DNA of 64,000 nt. Origin: Octopus vulgaris (Eukaryota). The stretch covers positions 35,030,001 to 35,094,000 of the forward strand of contig OX597819.1 in NCBI GenBank assembly GCA_951406725.2, in the 5' to 3' direction. The notes under the pieces are model-generated. The model searched no databases. It saw only the letters and a list, made by a program, of their open reading frames with translations, and was not told the origin of the DNA. Of the stretch, positions 12,839 to 25,960 are shown piece by piece. The position numbers were made by a program, and so were the translations under genes. Within the stretch, counting starts at the first letter, position 1; each line of letters opens with the position of its first letter.

Positions 12839-13039
12839 CATCATCATATATATATATATATTTATATATGATGAACAAATGAACAGAAGTAGGTAGCACT
12901 CAACATATAGTTGAAGATGTATTTAATGAGTAAATGATGTAAGGTTAGTCAATCTTGTCAGAAAAATATCTTTTTACAACCTACAAAGCTGCTTGTGCTT
13001 TATTTATATATATGTATATCTATGTATGCATTGAGCGAG

Positions 13040-13362
13040 AGACCCCCTTTGGTCATAAATGACCATGAGACTGCACCTAGAAAGTTCCTCTCTGAGACAC
13101 AAGCCTGGGCAAGGTTGTTTGTGGAAGTCTGCCAATTGCCCATGCATACCAGTCTCCCCTCTCCACATTATTGATGTTGCTCAAGGGGTAGACAAACGCC
13201 AATACAGCGTGGCACCAGTGATGTCACAACTCATTTCTACAGCTGAGTGAAATGAAGCAACATGAAATAAAGAGTTTTGCTTAAGAACACAGCATGCAGC
13301 TCAGTCTGGGAATTGAACTCACAACTGTAAGCCCAATGCTGTAACCAGTGAGCCATACACCT
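13040..13362 (-). mobile_element. Second tRNA-derived SINE family
   Basis: Matches 52335-52620 and 55275-55620 (ctcatttctacagctgagtg, cttgctcaagaacac). Confidence 0.75.
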
Positions 13363-13387
13363 TTATATATATATAACACTTTAAAAC

Positions 13388-14630
13388 TATCAGGCTGAGT
13401 AAAAAGTAAGCAACATTTTGAAACATGAAATTTGTCACAATATATTTCAACAATGTGGAAATTTTATTCAGCAAAGTCAGTATAATTACAATCAACACAT
13501 TTTTGCCAAGTTTGTTTATTCTGGTACCATAAAAATCTACTAGAGTTCTGGAGCTGATGAACTCTTTGAACGCACTTTCAGCATCAGTTTGATTTTTTAA
13601 CTTCTCTCACAGGAAACCATCAAAGTGCTTGAAAAAGTGGTAGTAGATAGGGGAAAGGTCTGGAGAATAAGCTGGGTGGAAAAGAACTTTGTAGCCAAGT
13701 TCCCTCAACATCTGGAACGTCATTAGTGAAACATGTCATTGAACATTGTCATGAAGAATGATTGGCCTCTTCTGTTGACCAGTCTGAGACGGAGCAGCAG
13801 TTTTGTGTTCATTTTGGCAATTCCATGACAATAGGTTTCTGCAGTAATGGTTTTTCTAGGTTTTAAGAAGTTATAGTGGATGAGTCCAGCAGTACACCAC
13901 CAAACAGTCACCATAACCTTCTTTTTGAAGAGCTTGGGTTTAGGGAAGGTTTTCAGTTCTTCATTCTGGTCCAACCACTGCAAAGAACTTTTTTTTTTAT
14001 TGTACAGAATCCGCTTTTCATCACAAGTTACAATATGGTCAAGAAATGGATTGGTCTGGTTACAGACAAGTAACAAGCAAATTTCATATCTGCACATTTT
14101 CTGATTTTCATTCAAATCATGTGGTACCCATTTGTCGAGCTTTTTTGCTTTTCTGATTGCATGCAAATGGTTGCAGACAGTTTTCTAGCTAACTTGAAGT
14201 TCTTTTGCAAGTTCTCGAGTGGTTTTACATGGATCTTTCTCAATGACATTCTTTAATTGACCATCATCAATGACAGCTGGACAGCCATTATGCTCAGTTT
14301 TCAAGGCTCAGATCTCCACTGCAAAATCTTTTAAACCATTTTCAAGCTGACCACTCACTGGTCATTTCTACACGAAACATTTCATTGATATCGCGAGCAG
14401 TTTCAGCAGTTAAATTGAATAGCAAAATTGCTCAAATATTGCACTTTGACAGCTCCATTTCAAATGATTGTAACAACGGTGAAAAAAATATCAAATTTTA
14501 ATTTGGGCAAGTCAATGTTTGTATTATCAGACAATTGCAGAAAAATGTTTTTAAAAAAATCAAAACAGCAAAAATCCCGTACAAAAAAAACTTAGTTCAA
14601 AACACTGCTTACTTTTTACTTAGCCTGATA
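13388..14630 (-). mobile_element. Near full-length degenerate mariner
   Basis: TA-flanked TIRs tcaggctgagtaaaaagtaagca / tgcttactttttacttagcctga; WVPHDL, TCDEK and YSPDLSP motifs; frameshifted. Confidence 0.95.
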
Positions 14631-16129
14631 GAATTAATGCAAGCAAACAATGGGGCCTGTATGCAGTTACTGGACCTGCTAGAAATAGCAGAGAAATCTC
14701 CCTAAAATCATACTTAAAAGAATACACTGGATAATGTGACTCTGGAAGATGGGATGGTCATAACTAGAAAAGCTTTGATCAGAGACAAGATTAAACAAGT
14801 ACCATAATCTCTCTTTTGTTTTATAAACTCCATTAACGATATGTAGTGTTGTTTACAAATGGCGTGCCTAAAAGTAACTATGTTAGAAGCCACTCCCTTA
14901 TGTATATTTATCTATCAAGCTTATCAAAACTACTTTAAGGTCTTATTGTTTGTATCTATAGAAATGTTTGGAGTTGTAGCTGGTCAACTCTGATAAACAT
15001 TTATTTTGAATAGCTCAAGCTTCTTAGCTGTAAACCCATGGGGGTATAATTTACAGCAGATAATATTGGGTTCTTAAATAATGGATTACTGTTTCACTGA
15101 ACTTGATTTAATGACTTACAATTATCCCATCGTAAGATAATAGAAACCATTAAACTGCTACTCCCATCCAGATCTTCAAAATCTTTTTCTTTACATGCCC
15201 TCAGATAACGCATCTAAATTTTTTTTTTTTTTTTTTTAGTTGGAAAAGCAGAGTCCATGACTCTTTACAAGACATTCACAGCTGGTGCAAAGAAGACATC
15301 TTCACGCTGAAGACTTGGTCCTAATGTGTGCAATGGAGTGGACTACGCTAAAGGCCAGGTAGTGAAGAGTTAAAGCCAGGCAACAGATTAACTCTTTAGC
15401 ATTCAGATTACTCTGACAAATGCAATGCTTATTTACTCATATTGGTTTGAATTAATCATGCATTATCTCACAGCTTCAAGATTTTGATGATGTGATTGTT
15501 TATCTTTAAAATGAAATAGTAAGGTGAGTGGTCAGAGATGGCTAGTAGAAAATGAGTATTTGGGTTGGATATGGCCAGTTTACATGTTAATGGGTTAAGT
15601 CTGCCACCCAAGAAGGTTGTATGCGAACTCAGAACATGAAAAACTAGAACAAATACTACAAGGCATCTCCTCCAACATTCTAATATTTCCAGTAGTTGAC
15701 CACCCTACAGGAATATTTTATCTATTGACCAGATTCAACACTCAGAAAAGGAGAGGTTAGTAGAAAAGTTAAACTTGCTATCTTCAATTTAGATTTTGTG
15801 GTAATCCACACCAGCGGTCATGAATGCTGGGTAATGACTAAAAGGGTACTATTGCAAATACAAGCAGCTGAAAAGTATCTCTGGAGTAATGTTGCTCAAC
15901 AGGGTACATAGACTGGAGATCAGGGTATCTCTCCAAGTTGAGCTGCTACTTCTCTGCATGAAGAGGTCACAGCTCTAGACGTGATCAGAAAGTCACTGGC
16001 TCTGATGAAGCAGATCTATAATCAGAAGTATTGCAATCATAATAATCTTATCTTTAAATATCTAGAATTACATTCCCTTTTAAAGATAGTATGATGTGAT
16101 AAGGAGAGTTACTATTTCTAGTGACATGT

Positions 16130-16562
16130 TATCGTTACCCTAACTGGCTTCAGTGCCAGTGGAACTCAAAGGGCACTATTCGAGCGTGATCGTTATCAGT
16201 GTCGCCTTACTGGCACTTGTGCCCGTGCTAGTAGGGTGCCAAGAGCACCATCTGAGTGTGATCGTTGCCAGAGCAGCCAACTGGCTTCCGTGCCAGTGGC
16301 ACGTAAAAGGGCACCATTCGAGCATGATCGTTACCAATGTCGCCTTACTGGCACCTGTTCTGGTGGCATGTGTAAAAGGATTCGAGCGAGGTTGTTGCCA
16401 GTACCGCCTAACTGGTTGTGCCAGTGGCACGTAAAAAGCACCCAGCTGTAGAAACTCTGCCAAATCAAGATTGGGGCCTGGTGCAGCCATCTGGTTCGCC
16501 AGCCCTCAGTCAAAATCGTCCAACCCATGCTAGCATGGAAAGCGGACGTTAAATGATGATGA
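16130..16562 (+). mobile_element. Family B 3' UTR with internal tgccagtggcacgtaaaa sub-repeats
   Basis: Ends in gttaaatgatgatga; same sequence at 28173, 38020, 41536, 57306 and 63200. Confidence 0.8.
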
Positions 16563-17520
16563 GTGTGTGCATATATTAATGGTTTAAACATTGTGTAAAC
16601 AAATGAACTAACAAACAAATCTGAATAACCCACCCCAGTACTAGACAGGTGCTTATTTTTTTTAAACTCCAGAAAGATGAAATGTAAAGTTGACCTTACA
16701 GAATTTGAACTAACAATGCAAAGTGCTGTACCTAAATACCTTCCAATACATTGCTACTAAAATCTAAATACAGATTATTTTAGCATGAATGATTTAGTTA
16801 TTGTAAAGATACAAATATCAAACAAGTATCTTCTTTAAATGAATTGACAATGTTATCTGTCATACCAGAAAACTTGACTGTTTTACTCAACTAAAAGTGA
16901 AAAACCATAACTGAATATGATTAAAGATTTTAATTGGTTATAAAATGCTGAAGCTCATCAGCATGTGTATGTGTGTCATCATTATCATCATCACCATTTA
17001 AAATCATTTTTCCATGCTGGGATAGGTTGGGAGGTTCCACAGAAGTTGGAAAGCCAGAAGAGTGCTCCAAGTTCCAATGTCTTTGCCATAATTTCTACAG
17101 CTGGATGCCCTTCCTACCACCAACCACTTTACAAAGTGTACTAGGTTTTCTTTTATATAGCATTGGTGCTATGAGGTCACCAAGTAACTCACAAGACCCT
17201 CAATTGAGCAGAGAGTAGTATTGAGGGAGATGGTTTTGTGCCAAGTGATGAGGGATTAAAATATGATAGAGGGACAGAAACAGGTGTCTAGCTGGAGAGG
17301 AGATACATGACAGGGTGAATGGGTAGGTAAGTAAATTGAGGAGAGTGGCAGATATAGAGGAATGCAGTGGGTGGTGAACAGAGGTAGAGAAGATATTAGA
17401 AAGAGGAGTAGATATTAAGAAGATGAGTTGTGGAGGAGAGATTTGTCAGGGATAGATTGTGTGCAGAAGGCATAGACATGACATACCTTTGAGCCTCATA
17501 ATATATATATATATATACAC

Positions 17521-17644
17521 TATTCTTATACAAGAATGTTGACAGTGACTTCAAAGTTTTGCCCAGCTATGCTACCACTGTCAGTTCAACAATGGCTTAG
17601 CTGGCAGAAACCTCGAAGTCACTCAACATTCTTGCATAAGAATA
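17521..17644. repeat. Imperfect palindrome (~50-bp arms)
   Basis: tattcttatacaagaatgttga..gtgacttc / gaagtcac.tcaacattcttgcataagaata. Confidence 0.85.
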
Positions 17645-18928
17645 ATAAATTTGTACTCTATAAAAGTACAGAGTAACCCATCAGATTAATGTAAATTTGT
17701 TTTTATTATAACTGAACACAAAAACAAACAGTTATCTATCTATCTGTATATATATATATATATAAGCCACAGAAATGGTGATACATCAATGTCCAGCACT
17801 CTTGGATGGTATTGAAGGTGGGTTATCTCACCTGTCCATAAATTTTTAACACCTGGAACTTTGAGAGAATTTTCTCTACCACACCAAATCACAGCCTACC
17901 AGTAATTACACAAAGCATATATGTTAAGTATATGTAATTGATAAGATATATATATATATATATATACTCCCACCCACACATACATACACATCTACACACA
18001 CATTTGTAAATGTAAAGGATTATTCTAAATATATATATATGCTAATTTATTTTTCTTGCTGCAGATTCACACACAGCAAATTTTAATCAGCTCAACATAC
18101 TCAGCACTTTTAGTACAAAGTAATCAATCATGAGATTTAAAATCCAGTGAAACCAGGTTTTAAAGACAATACTCCTTTTCTCCTTTCAGTCACAGTACTG
18201 TAGCCAAGTTGAAACACCACCTTGTAGAGTTGATCAAATAAGCTACGCCCCGTACTAACTTTAAGTCTGATATTTATTCTCCTGGTCTTTTTTTTTTTTG
18301 GCCAAACTGCTAAGTTGCAGGAGTGTAGATAAACCAATATCAGTTGTCAAGCAGTAAGAGGACAACAGAAACACATATATATATAAGTATATGACGGACT
18401 TCTACACAATTTCCATCTCCCAAATTCACTCAAAAAGTACTAGTTAGTCCAGGGCTATTGTAGAAGACATTTGTCCAAGGTGCCACACAGTGAGACTGAA
18501 CCCAAAATGACATGGTTGCAGTAAAACTTCATTGTCAAAAATCAAAAATTTGTTGATATCAAAAATAATCGACAAACATCCTTTTCTGGTGGGGATTAAT
18601 ATTAGGGTAATTTTCCAAGTATATTTGAATGGTTTTGTCCTAGGACACCCAGTCATCACTTGCAAGTGAGTATGGCTTGACAGCAAGTATCATGCTTTTT
18701 AGTAATTAAACAGACATAGACAACCTCTTGCCTCAGTGGAACATCCATGATGTAAAGCTGGAAAGAGGGTTACAAGAGCAACGTGAAATGAAATGTTTGT
18801 TCAAGGGTACAATGTGGCACCTGGTCCAGGAATTGAACTCGTAGCCTCATGATAGTGATCCAAATATTCTATCCATCAGGTCACATTCATTCACACAGTT
18901 TAACCGTAAGGTAGGGCTTACTTAGAAT

Positions 18929-19292
18929 CACAGGAGTGGCTGTGTGGTAAGTAGCTTGCTTACAAACCACATGGTTCCGGGTTCAGTCCCACTGTGTGGC
19001 ACCTTGGGCAAGTGTCTTCTACTATAGCCTCGGGCCGGATAAAGCCTTATGAGTAGATTTGGTAGACAGAAGCTGAAAGAAGCCCGTCGTATATATGTAT
19101 ATATATATGTATGTGCGTGTATATGTTTGTCCCCCCAAGATCGCTTGACAACCGATGCTGGTGTGTTTACGTCCCAGTAACTTAGCGGTTCGGCAAAAGT
19201 GACCGATAGAATAAGTACTAGGCTTACAAAGAATACGTCCTGGGGGGGGGGGTCGATTTGCTCGACTAAAGTCAAATGACTGAAAAGAGTGA
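18929..19292 (+). mobile_element. tRNA-derived SINE, same family
   Basis: Near full-length match to the 59481 copy. Confidence 0.9.
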
Positions 19293-19887
19293 AACAAATG
19301 TAGTTAATGCTTATCTTGAGTTACAGAACATCAGCGACCACAGGAAATGAAAGGAAGATGGTTAATATGGCAAAGTATTCCGGAAGAGTGGACACTTTGA
19401 GAGGATTGGGGGAAAAGTGGTTAAAGTGAAGCAGGGGTTATAATGATAAGTGGAGGAGAGGCGAGTGTGTTTGGGTCGGTATACCAGCTGGCTTCGATGA
19501 ACAGAGGCGATTGTAATACATAAGTGGTTGAAAAGCAGAGTGAATAAACAATACGACTATGGGTAAGAGGGTGAAGTGAATTGGTGGTTGAAGGCTAATC
19601 TTTGGGATGTAGTGTTGCTATGTCCTGAATAAGATTGCGAGGCACTTAATTTGTAGATACATTGCAATCTAAAATTAAGAGCAAGTAGTAATCAAACAGA
19701 ACCAGAAGAACCAGTTTGTCAACTGGTTCTTGGTTGAAGATTTTCACAACATTCGTAAAAGGAATGAACATCTTAACTTCGCTCTAAATAATATGTACTA
19801 TGCCTACAAATTCTATAGTCGAGTTCAACTGGGAAACAGAGAGAGAAGCCGGGAAATATAAATAAGATAGATAGTCGATAGTCTTAC

Positions 19888-19946
19888 CATCCGTTAGATA
19901 GTCGCAATAACATGGGTGCGACGTGACAGGTCCATGATTACCGGCA
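19888..19946 (-). CDS. Putative exon 3 of divergent gene (NAGNHGPVTSHPCYCDYLTD)
   Basis: Strong pyrimidine tract plus aag acceptor, G|gtaaga donor, phase 2-1, in frame with exons 1-2. Confidence 0.45.
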
Positions 19947-20278
19947 CTTATAGACACGAAAGAAGAAAAAGGTTGCATTTAAGGTATTTAATGATTCAGT
20001 GGCCTATGGGACAGCAGCTAATGTCAGGTACTTAAATAGCAATAACCGAAAAGTATTCCATAAGATCGATCACTCTGCTAGAAACAGCTGTGAATGTCGT
20101 CTTGAATCATCTATGATGAGAAGTTCGTTCGACCAGAGCTGACCTGATGGCCAAACAACACTATATTGATTAACTTTTATAAAAAGCCATGTCATAGCAG
20201 TAGGGCAGGGTGACACCGCAGTATTGTGAAGTAATTAAAAAAGTGTAAAGCAAATTTGGTTAAATAATTCAGTCTCAC

Positions 20279-20341
20279 TTCATATCGTTCCAATTAAGTG
20301 CAAGAACAAAATACAGTGTCGGTAATCCTGGTATAGTACGT
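20279..20341 (-). CDS. Putative exon 2 of divergent gene (KRTIPGLPTLYFVLALNWNDM)
   Basis: tttcaaaag acceptor, AA|gtgaga donor, phase 2-2, in frame with exon 1. Confidence 0.4.
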
Positions 20342-20489
20342 CTTTTGAAAGTAAATTATATTCTCTGTCTTTCTTTATAAATGAAAGTATTCGTGGTGCT
20401 AAATCAAGTAAAACTGTAAACTTTTAAAAATTTACCCTTACATCCATAATTATTAAAAGAAAAATGGGGAAAAAATGTTTTTAACTTAC

Positions 20490-20503
20490 TTTTGTTGTGA
20501 CAT
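20490..20503 (-). CDS. Putative first coding exon of an unidentified divergent gene (MSQQ+)
   Basis: aaaATG context and strong AA|gtaagt donor, 174 nt from the SEC62 ATG; might instead be 5' UTR. Confidence 0.45.
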
Positions 20504-20676
20504 TTTGTTCGCTAAAGCTCTGATGAAGACGGTGTTCACGAAGAGACTGAAGGAAATGGAACAAACCAAAGCTGGTTATCTCCCTTAAATCTTAGTAGTG
20601 CCATCACACGGTTCTGCGGAACAACTAATTAAGGGGAGATCATTTGTTTAACACAGCGACTGACTGACTGTCTGTC
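20504..20676. promoter_or_regulatory. Probable bidirectional promoter / 5' UTR region
   Basis: Short repeat-free, CpG-retaining interval between divergent ATGs; contains the inverted motif atctcccttaa / ttaaggggagat. Confidence 0.55.
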
Positions 20677-20715
20677 ATGGCGGAGAAAAGGAAATCACGA
20701 CGGAAACAGGACGAG
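20677..20715 (+). CDS. SEC62: SEC62 exon 1 (MAEKRKSRRKQDE)
   Basis: ATG in gtcATGG context; GAG|gtacga donor, phase 0; resembles the metazoan Sec62 N-terminus. Confidence 0.9.
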
Positions 20716-23369
20716 GTACGAATTTCCCACGTCTTTATTTCAAATTCTTCTTTTTTTAAATAAATATTTGTGTCGTAATAATTCCCATGATATATTTTCT
20801 TGTAGCATTATCAATTCCTGAATCGCCAGTTTTGCTACATTCTTTCTTTTTTTTTTTTTCTGCTCCGTTAAATTTACATATGCTTGAAGTTGTAGTAGTT
20901 AAACTGTTTCTATTTATTTGAAATACGTGAAGATCGCCAAATGTTTCACTTCACCAAGTCATCATCATCTCCCAAGTATAATTTCCCATATCATATTTTC
21001 ACACTCTAATAACCTGCTTACCTACTATTCTTGTGTGATATATGAATTTCTATGTCTCTTCCGATGACTTCTCATAATGGTATATGTTGTGTTTGTTTTT
21101 AATTTGCATTCATTTAAAATAATCAAAATAAAGGTCTGCCTGTTTACTATAAAGGTTGTTGCAGTTTAGAGGGGGCGTTTGTTATAAGTGTGATGCAGTT
21201 CACATGTTTCTAATGAATGAACAGTTACTTTGTTTTGCCATCATTTAGTGCCAACACTCAATATGGTATCGTTCCTATCTTGAGAGATAACAAGCCACAC
21301 ATTATTTAACCATATGAATGAGTAATTAAAATATCTAAGTTTATATTCTGAATCTAGACTATTTACGCTCATCTGTATTTCCACCAATGTCTATATAACC
21401 TACATTTATATCAGCCTTTCTTTGAAAGTCTTAAGTTTCGGTTAAACCGAAACCACTGTTTGTGATATTCCTCTGACGTGTAAACCCAGTGTAAAGCAGA
21501 TCAATATTTCTCCAAGAAAAACACAAAGACGTCTTTCTTTGAGGATTTTTTTTTTATCTCTTTAACCTGACGATATTTTAAAGAAATAAGCTGTTTTAAA
21601 CAAAAAAAAAAATCCATGCAATTATAGTTATGAATTTTGTTTATTTTGATTAAATTTCCGCAAACAATATTTTGAACTAAATGAATTGCCATCTTTTTTA
21701 TAAACTTCTTTTCACGTCCCATCTTCAGTTGCTACTTGATTCCTTCAAAACATTGTTTGTCCTATTCATGTGAAATATTTTCTCAGAAACAGACTTTAGA
21801 ATTTTTCTTTGAAACAGCGAAATTAGCAGGCGTATGTCTAGATATAAACGCCAAGTAAATATTGTTTCTTCTGTAGACAACAGGTTTTTAACGGTCCCTT
21901 TTGTTGTCGTGATATTTGTTTTATTACATTTTTAAAATTTTCTTTTCCAAACCTTCATTTCTTTTCAATTTTTTTCTTCTTAATTCTAAGTTTGTTTTTT
22001 TTAATTCAAACGTTTTCGGTTTCGAATTTAAAATGTGTAAATTATTATTAAAAATACAATTGTGAATTATTGGTAAAAGTTTTCTGGTTCCTAATGTGAT
22101 GACTTGTCATTTTTTTCCATTTACGTTTGTATTAGTAGCGAACATAGTCGCAATTTTCATTAACTAATTATAGTCTCAGTTAATTATAAGTATTATCATT
22201 TTACAAACCCCTGTTTTTAAGTACAAAAATCATCTTAATTTAAGCAAACCATTTTAGTTTCTCAAATTAACTCAATATGTTGAATAGCTTAAAAAACATT
22301 TTTGTTTTAGTTATTTTCATGATTAACATAATTCTTTTTTTAATTGTTTACCGAGACGTAAATATTCAGCATTAATTACTATTACGCATCATGAACAGCT
22401 TGTTCACACCACACACACACAAAAAAACTAGCATTAAACATCCCATTACAAACACTTTGCCGTAGCAGCCTGCACTGTAGCTCGTCCCAAGCTGTTTATA
22501 TGATGCACAAAAGTAATACGAAGGAGTGGAGTTTTCCCTCATTGGAAAAGAAAAAAAGGGTAGTTATTTCGGTAAATATTTACCGTTTCACCCTCGACCC
22601 CCACAATATGATTTTTTTTTTTTTTATATAGTATTCATATGTTTCATACAATGGAAATTACCGTTCTGATTAAATTCTTGCAAGCATTTTAACTTACGTT
22701 CTCTCCTCTCTCCATACACACGCTTCCACCCTTTTTCCCTTCCTATGAGGTAGAGGAATTTGAGAGGCGCCTATTCCGAAACCCTCCGGATTTTGAACTA
22801 TATGATTCATAAATCCCTCAATTTATTTGCTTTAAGTGAAGTTTGGGAAAACATTAAAAAAATTTTTTAACCAGCTGTTGATATTTATTTAATATTCGGA
22901 GGTGCAGGTATAACTGGAATTGTTTGAAATATTAAGAATATGTTAACTACCTAAATTCTCTTTTAATGTGTGTTCCTTGATTTTACTTGGGTGTTTTATT
23001 TGGTTCTATAAAATGCAGAATAGTCTGAAAGCTAATTACAGCTTTTTCTATAGTGAGAACCAATCAACATAATAGTTTCCAAAGATGTCCATCTCTTAAA
23101 CTCTTATTTCAAAACATATTTCAATAACTGGTCCACAGATGTACCATTTCCTCTCTGTGTGTTTTCTACCTTTCTTCCAATAGTCTCGTGCCACTTCCAT
23201 TTGGGTTCTCTTGGCCTGCTCATCATTCATATTGTGTTAACAACGTTTCTCTAGACTACCCTCCCTGCCTATGTTTTTCTGGTGGCTGTTCAAGAGGAAT
23301 TTCAGCCCAATTGTTTTCACCAGTCTCAGAAGTTCTGTAAAGGCCAAGACAATGCCTCTTCCTCTGGAC

Positions 23370-23670
23370 CAGAAGTTCTCGATCATTTTTCTATCTATGG
23401 ACCCCCTTTAACTACTATTTTATTCTGGTGGACCCCAATAACCATTTGGTGTTTAAAAACTTGTTTTAAAAGTACTTTCAAAATTTCTATTTTGTTTTTC
23501 ACTCATTAACTTCTGTAGGTTGAACTATGTAAAATGTTAACGAAACTGAGCTGTTTCTTGCGATGCGTAACAATACATCTGAAGCAAAATTTTTTCAGGG
23601 GCCCTTAAAATACTATTGTGGATCCCCAATTAACTATTTTGATATGTGGACCCCAGTTGAGAACTACTAT
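23370..23670. mobile_element. hAT-type MITE relic
   Basis: agaagttctcga / ttgagaactact termini with subterminal ggacccc repeats. Confidence 0.55.
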
Positions 23671-24645
23671 TCTAGACCAAGCTATAGAAAAAAAATACAA
23701 GAACAAAGCTGCGCTAAACATCCTAAACTCCTCACTAAAATGATTAGCAACCTTGACCTTCTTTACCTTATGCTCATACTATAACTTGTACTTTTACAAA
23801 CTATACCTAAATTTGACATCCCCCACCAAACTACAGAACATAAGATTCTATCAAAGCCTTCTCAAGGTCAACAAATGCAAATTATCATTTTACATCCATT
23901 TCTTTCATATTTGATATGGGTTGGATTAGTTTTCTGAAGCAGTGTTTTACAACCAAATGCCTATACTTTTAGTCCCCCCTCATGACATGCAGGGGCACAA
24001 TGTACTTATACTAAAACTAGAAGAGTTGTTTATTCTTAACTAAGAAATTTCTTGTTAGAAACATGGCATTGTCATTCTATATCCAGACAAAACAAAATAG
24101 TATTTTAATGAACTGTCTTGTGCTTATTTCACTATAACTTTCCCTACCACTTTCAAGATTTGGTCTTTCAGCTTCAGCTCTGATCTCCATTGTTACCATA
24201 GCAGTGATAAAGATAATGCTCTGACAATAACACCTTCAGTCTGACCTGATTAACTGAGTAAAGAATGAGAATAGTTTTCACATAGCTTGACATTTTCAAC
24301 ACCTCTTTAACTATTCCTGATAATAATTGTGTAACTTTATCTGTTTTACTTAGTTCTTCAGTTGGCCCCTCAGTTGCACCTTTAGGAGTATGCTCCCCCT
24401 ACTTAAATATATTGATTTCGAATTTTGGCACAAAGCCAGCAATTTGTGGGGAGGGAATATGTCAATTACATCAACCCCAGAGTTCAACTGGTGCTCATTT
24501 TATTTTAGAATGTTAGGAATGAAAATACATGTTACTACAATGTGTAAGCCTTTACATTTTGTAATTAAAGATAAAAATATCTTCATAAAAACAGTAAAAT
24601 CAAGGACCTGATTTTGAAAAGTATATGAAATTCAAATTCTTTCTC

Positions 24646-24872
24646 TTAACCCTTTCGTTACCAACCTGGCTGAAACCAGCTCTGGTTCTGAGTACAAATG
24701 TTTTGTTTCATAAGTTTTGAATTAAAATCTTCCACCAAACCTTAGTCACAATTTATGTTCCTAACACTAGATGAATGATAACTAAATTGTTTTACCAAAT
24801 TTTTTGTTGTATTTAAAGTAATTGAAAGAAAAACAGAGCATCTCAAAATAAATACAGTAACGAAAGGGTTAA
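24646..24872. mobile_element. piggyBac-type MITE
   Basis: TTAA-ccctttcgttac ... gtaacgaaaggg-TTAA. Confidence 0.9.
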
Positions 24873-25731
24873 ACCTAGACAATCTGACAACACTGACTGT
24901 CTCACATTGGTGTACTGACAAACTATTTTCACTGCCTTTGTTATATTGCAATTGAACTGCTTTCTCATCTAATTATCTACTTATGTCTGGTCAGCAGTGT
25001 AAACAAAATAAAATTAACTACATAGAGTTTTTTTTTATTAACTAATTGATTCGTTTGATTTTCTTTAGATGTTTTGTACAAACATTAGATTAACTAATGA
25101 AATGATTATACCAAAACAAAACAAATTTTATATTTGCTCTGTATTCACTTTCTTATTCTCTCTTATTTTTAGAAAGATAGCTATTTGTTGGAATAACAGA
25201 AATGGTAGTGTTGGTTTAAATTTAATTCTATTCGCCCACATTCCAATTTTGAATTGTACCTGAGTTAACTAATTTCTCTTGGGGCTTTAAGTGTCAGTTA
25301 CATGAGCCTATATCAATATGAGAAGCCCTTATTTAAAGTAATAGCTTTATCGAAATTAAGAATTAAATGAAACTTCATAAATTAAGTTCTTTTTTAAGTT
25401 TCAGAGTAATGAAGCTTTTTTCAAAGAAATATAACCTTCACATCTGGTACATGTTTTCAAATAACTCAATAAGTGTATAATGATGAAGTGAAGAGTCATC
25501 ATTTCAAGTCTTTTATTTGTTCATTTTAATAACATATGCTGAAATATTTTCATAAATACTTCCAAAGTTCTCTTGCTCTGTATAAGGTTTGTCCAACATT
25601 GAATCAACTGAGAGCTGATTTTGTTCTCATGTTTGTGTATTTTACAAGTGAACATTACTTTTGACATAAAACTGCTTTCTCAACTTACTCTATGATTTTT
25701 TATTATCCATTAAGGACTACACAATCATCAT

Positions 25732-25960
25732 CATCATTTTTCGACCGTGGTCGAGACAATGGAATTTACCATGCTATGCCAGACTTCACGGTCCATCATG
25801 GCATTACGGAGGTCCTGTTGCTGGATGCCTGTATCCCTGGAGATTACATCAGGGTAGGAGAGTGTGCGCCCTCTGGTATTGCGAGTAGATGGCTTCCAGA
25901 GGAGAAGAGTAGAAATTACCTCTTTTTCAGCTCTCTACAACAATGTCCAGCAAACTGGAC
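25732..25960 (-). mobile_element. RTE-clade LINE 3' fragment (family A)
   Basis: Reverse complement of 55885-56108. Confidence 0.85.

Noticed and set aside
13723-14166. Domesticated or active transposase (SETMAR-like)
   Set aside because: Frameshifted between intact TIRs with no fused exon evident; an ordinary dead mariner.
15120-15213. Candidate exon MRYLRACKEKDFEDLDGSSSLMVSIILRWDN on -
   Set aside because: Good donor, but the acceptor is preceded by poly-A rather than pyrimidines and the phase does not link to neighbouring candidates; may be a LINE relic.
20520-20550. CUGAUGA hammerhead-like box in the promoter
   Set aside because: No GAAA partner or supporting stems.
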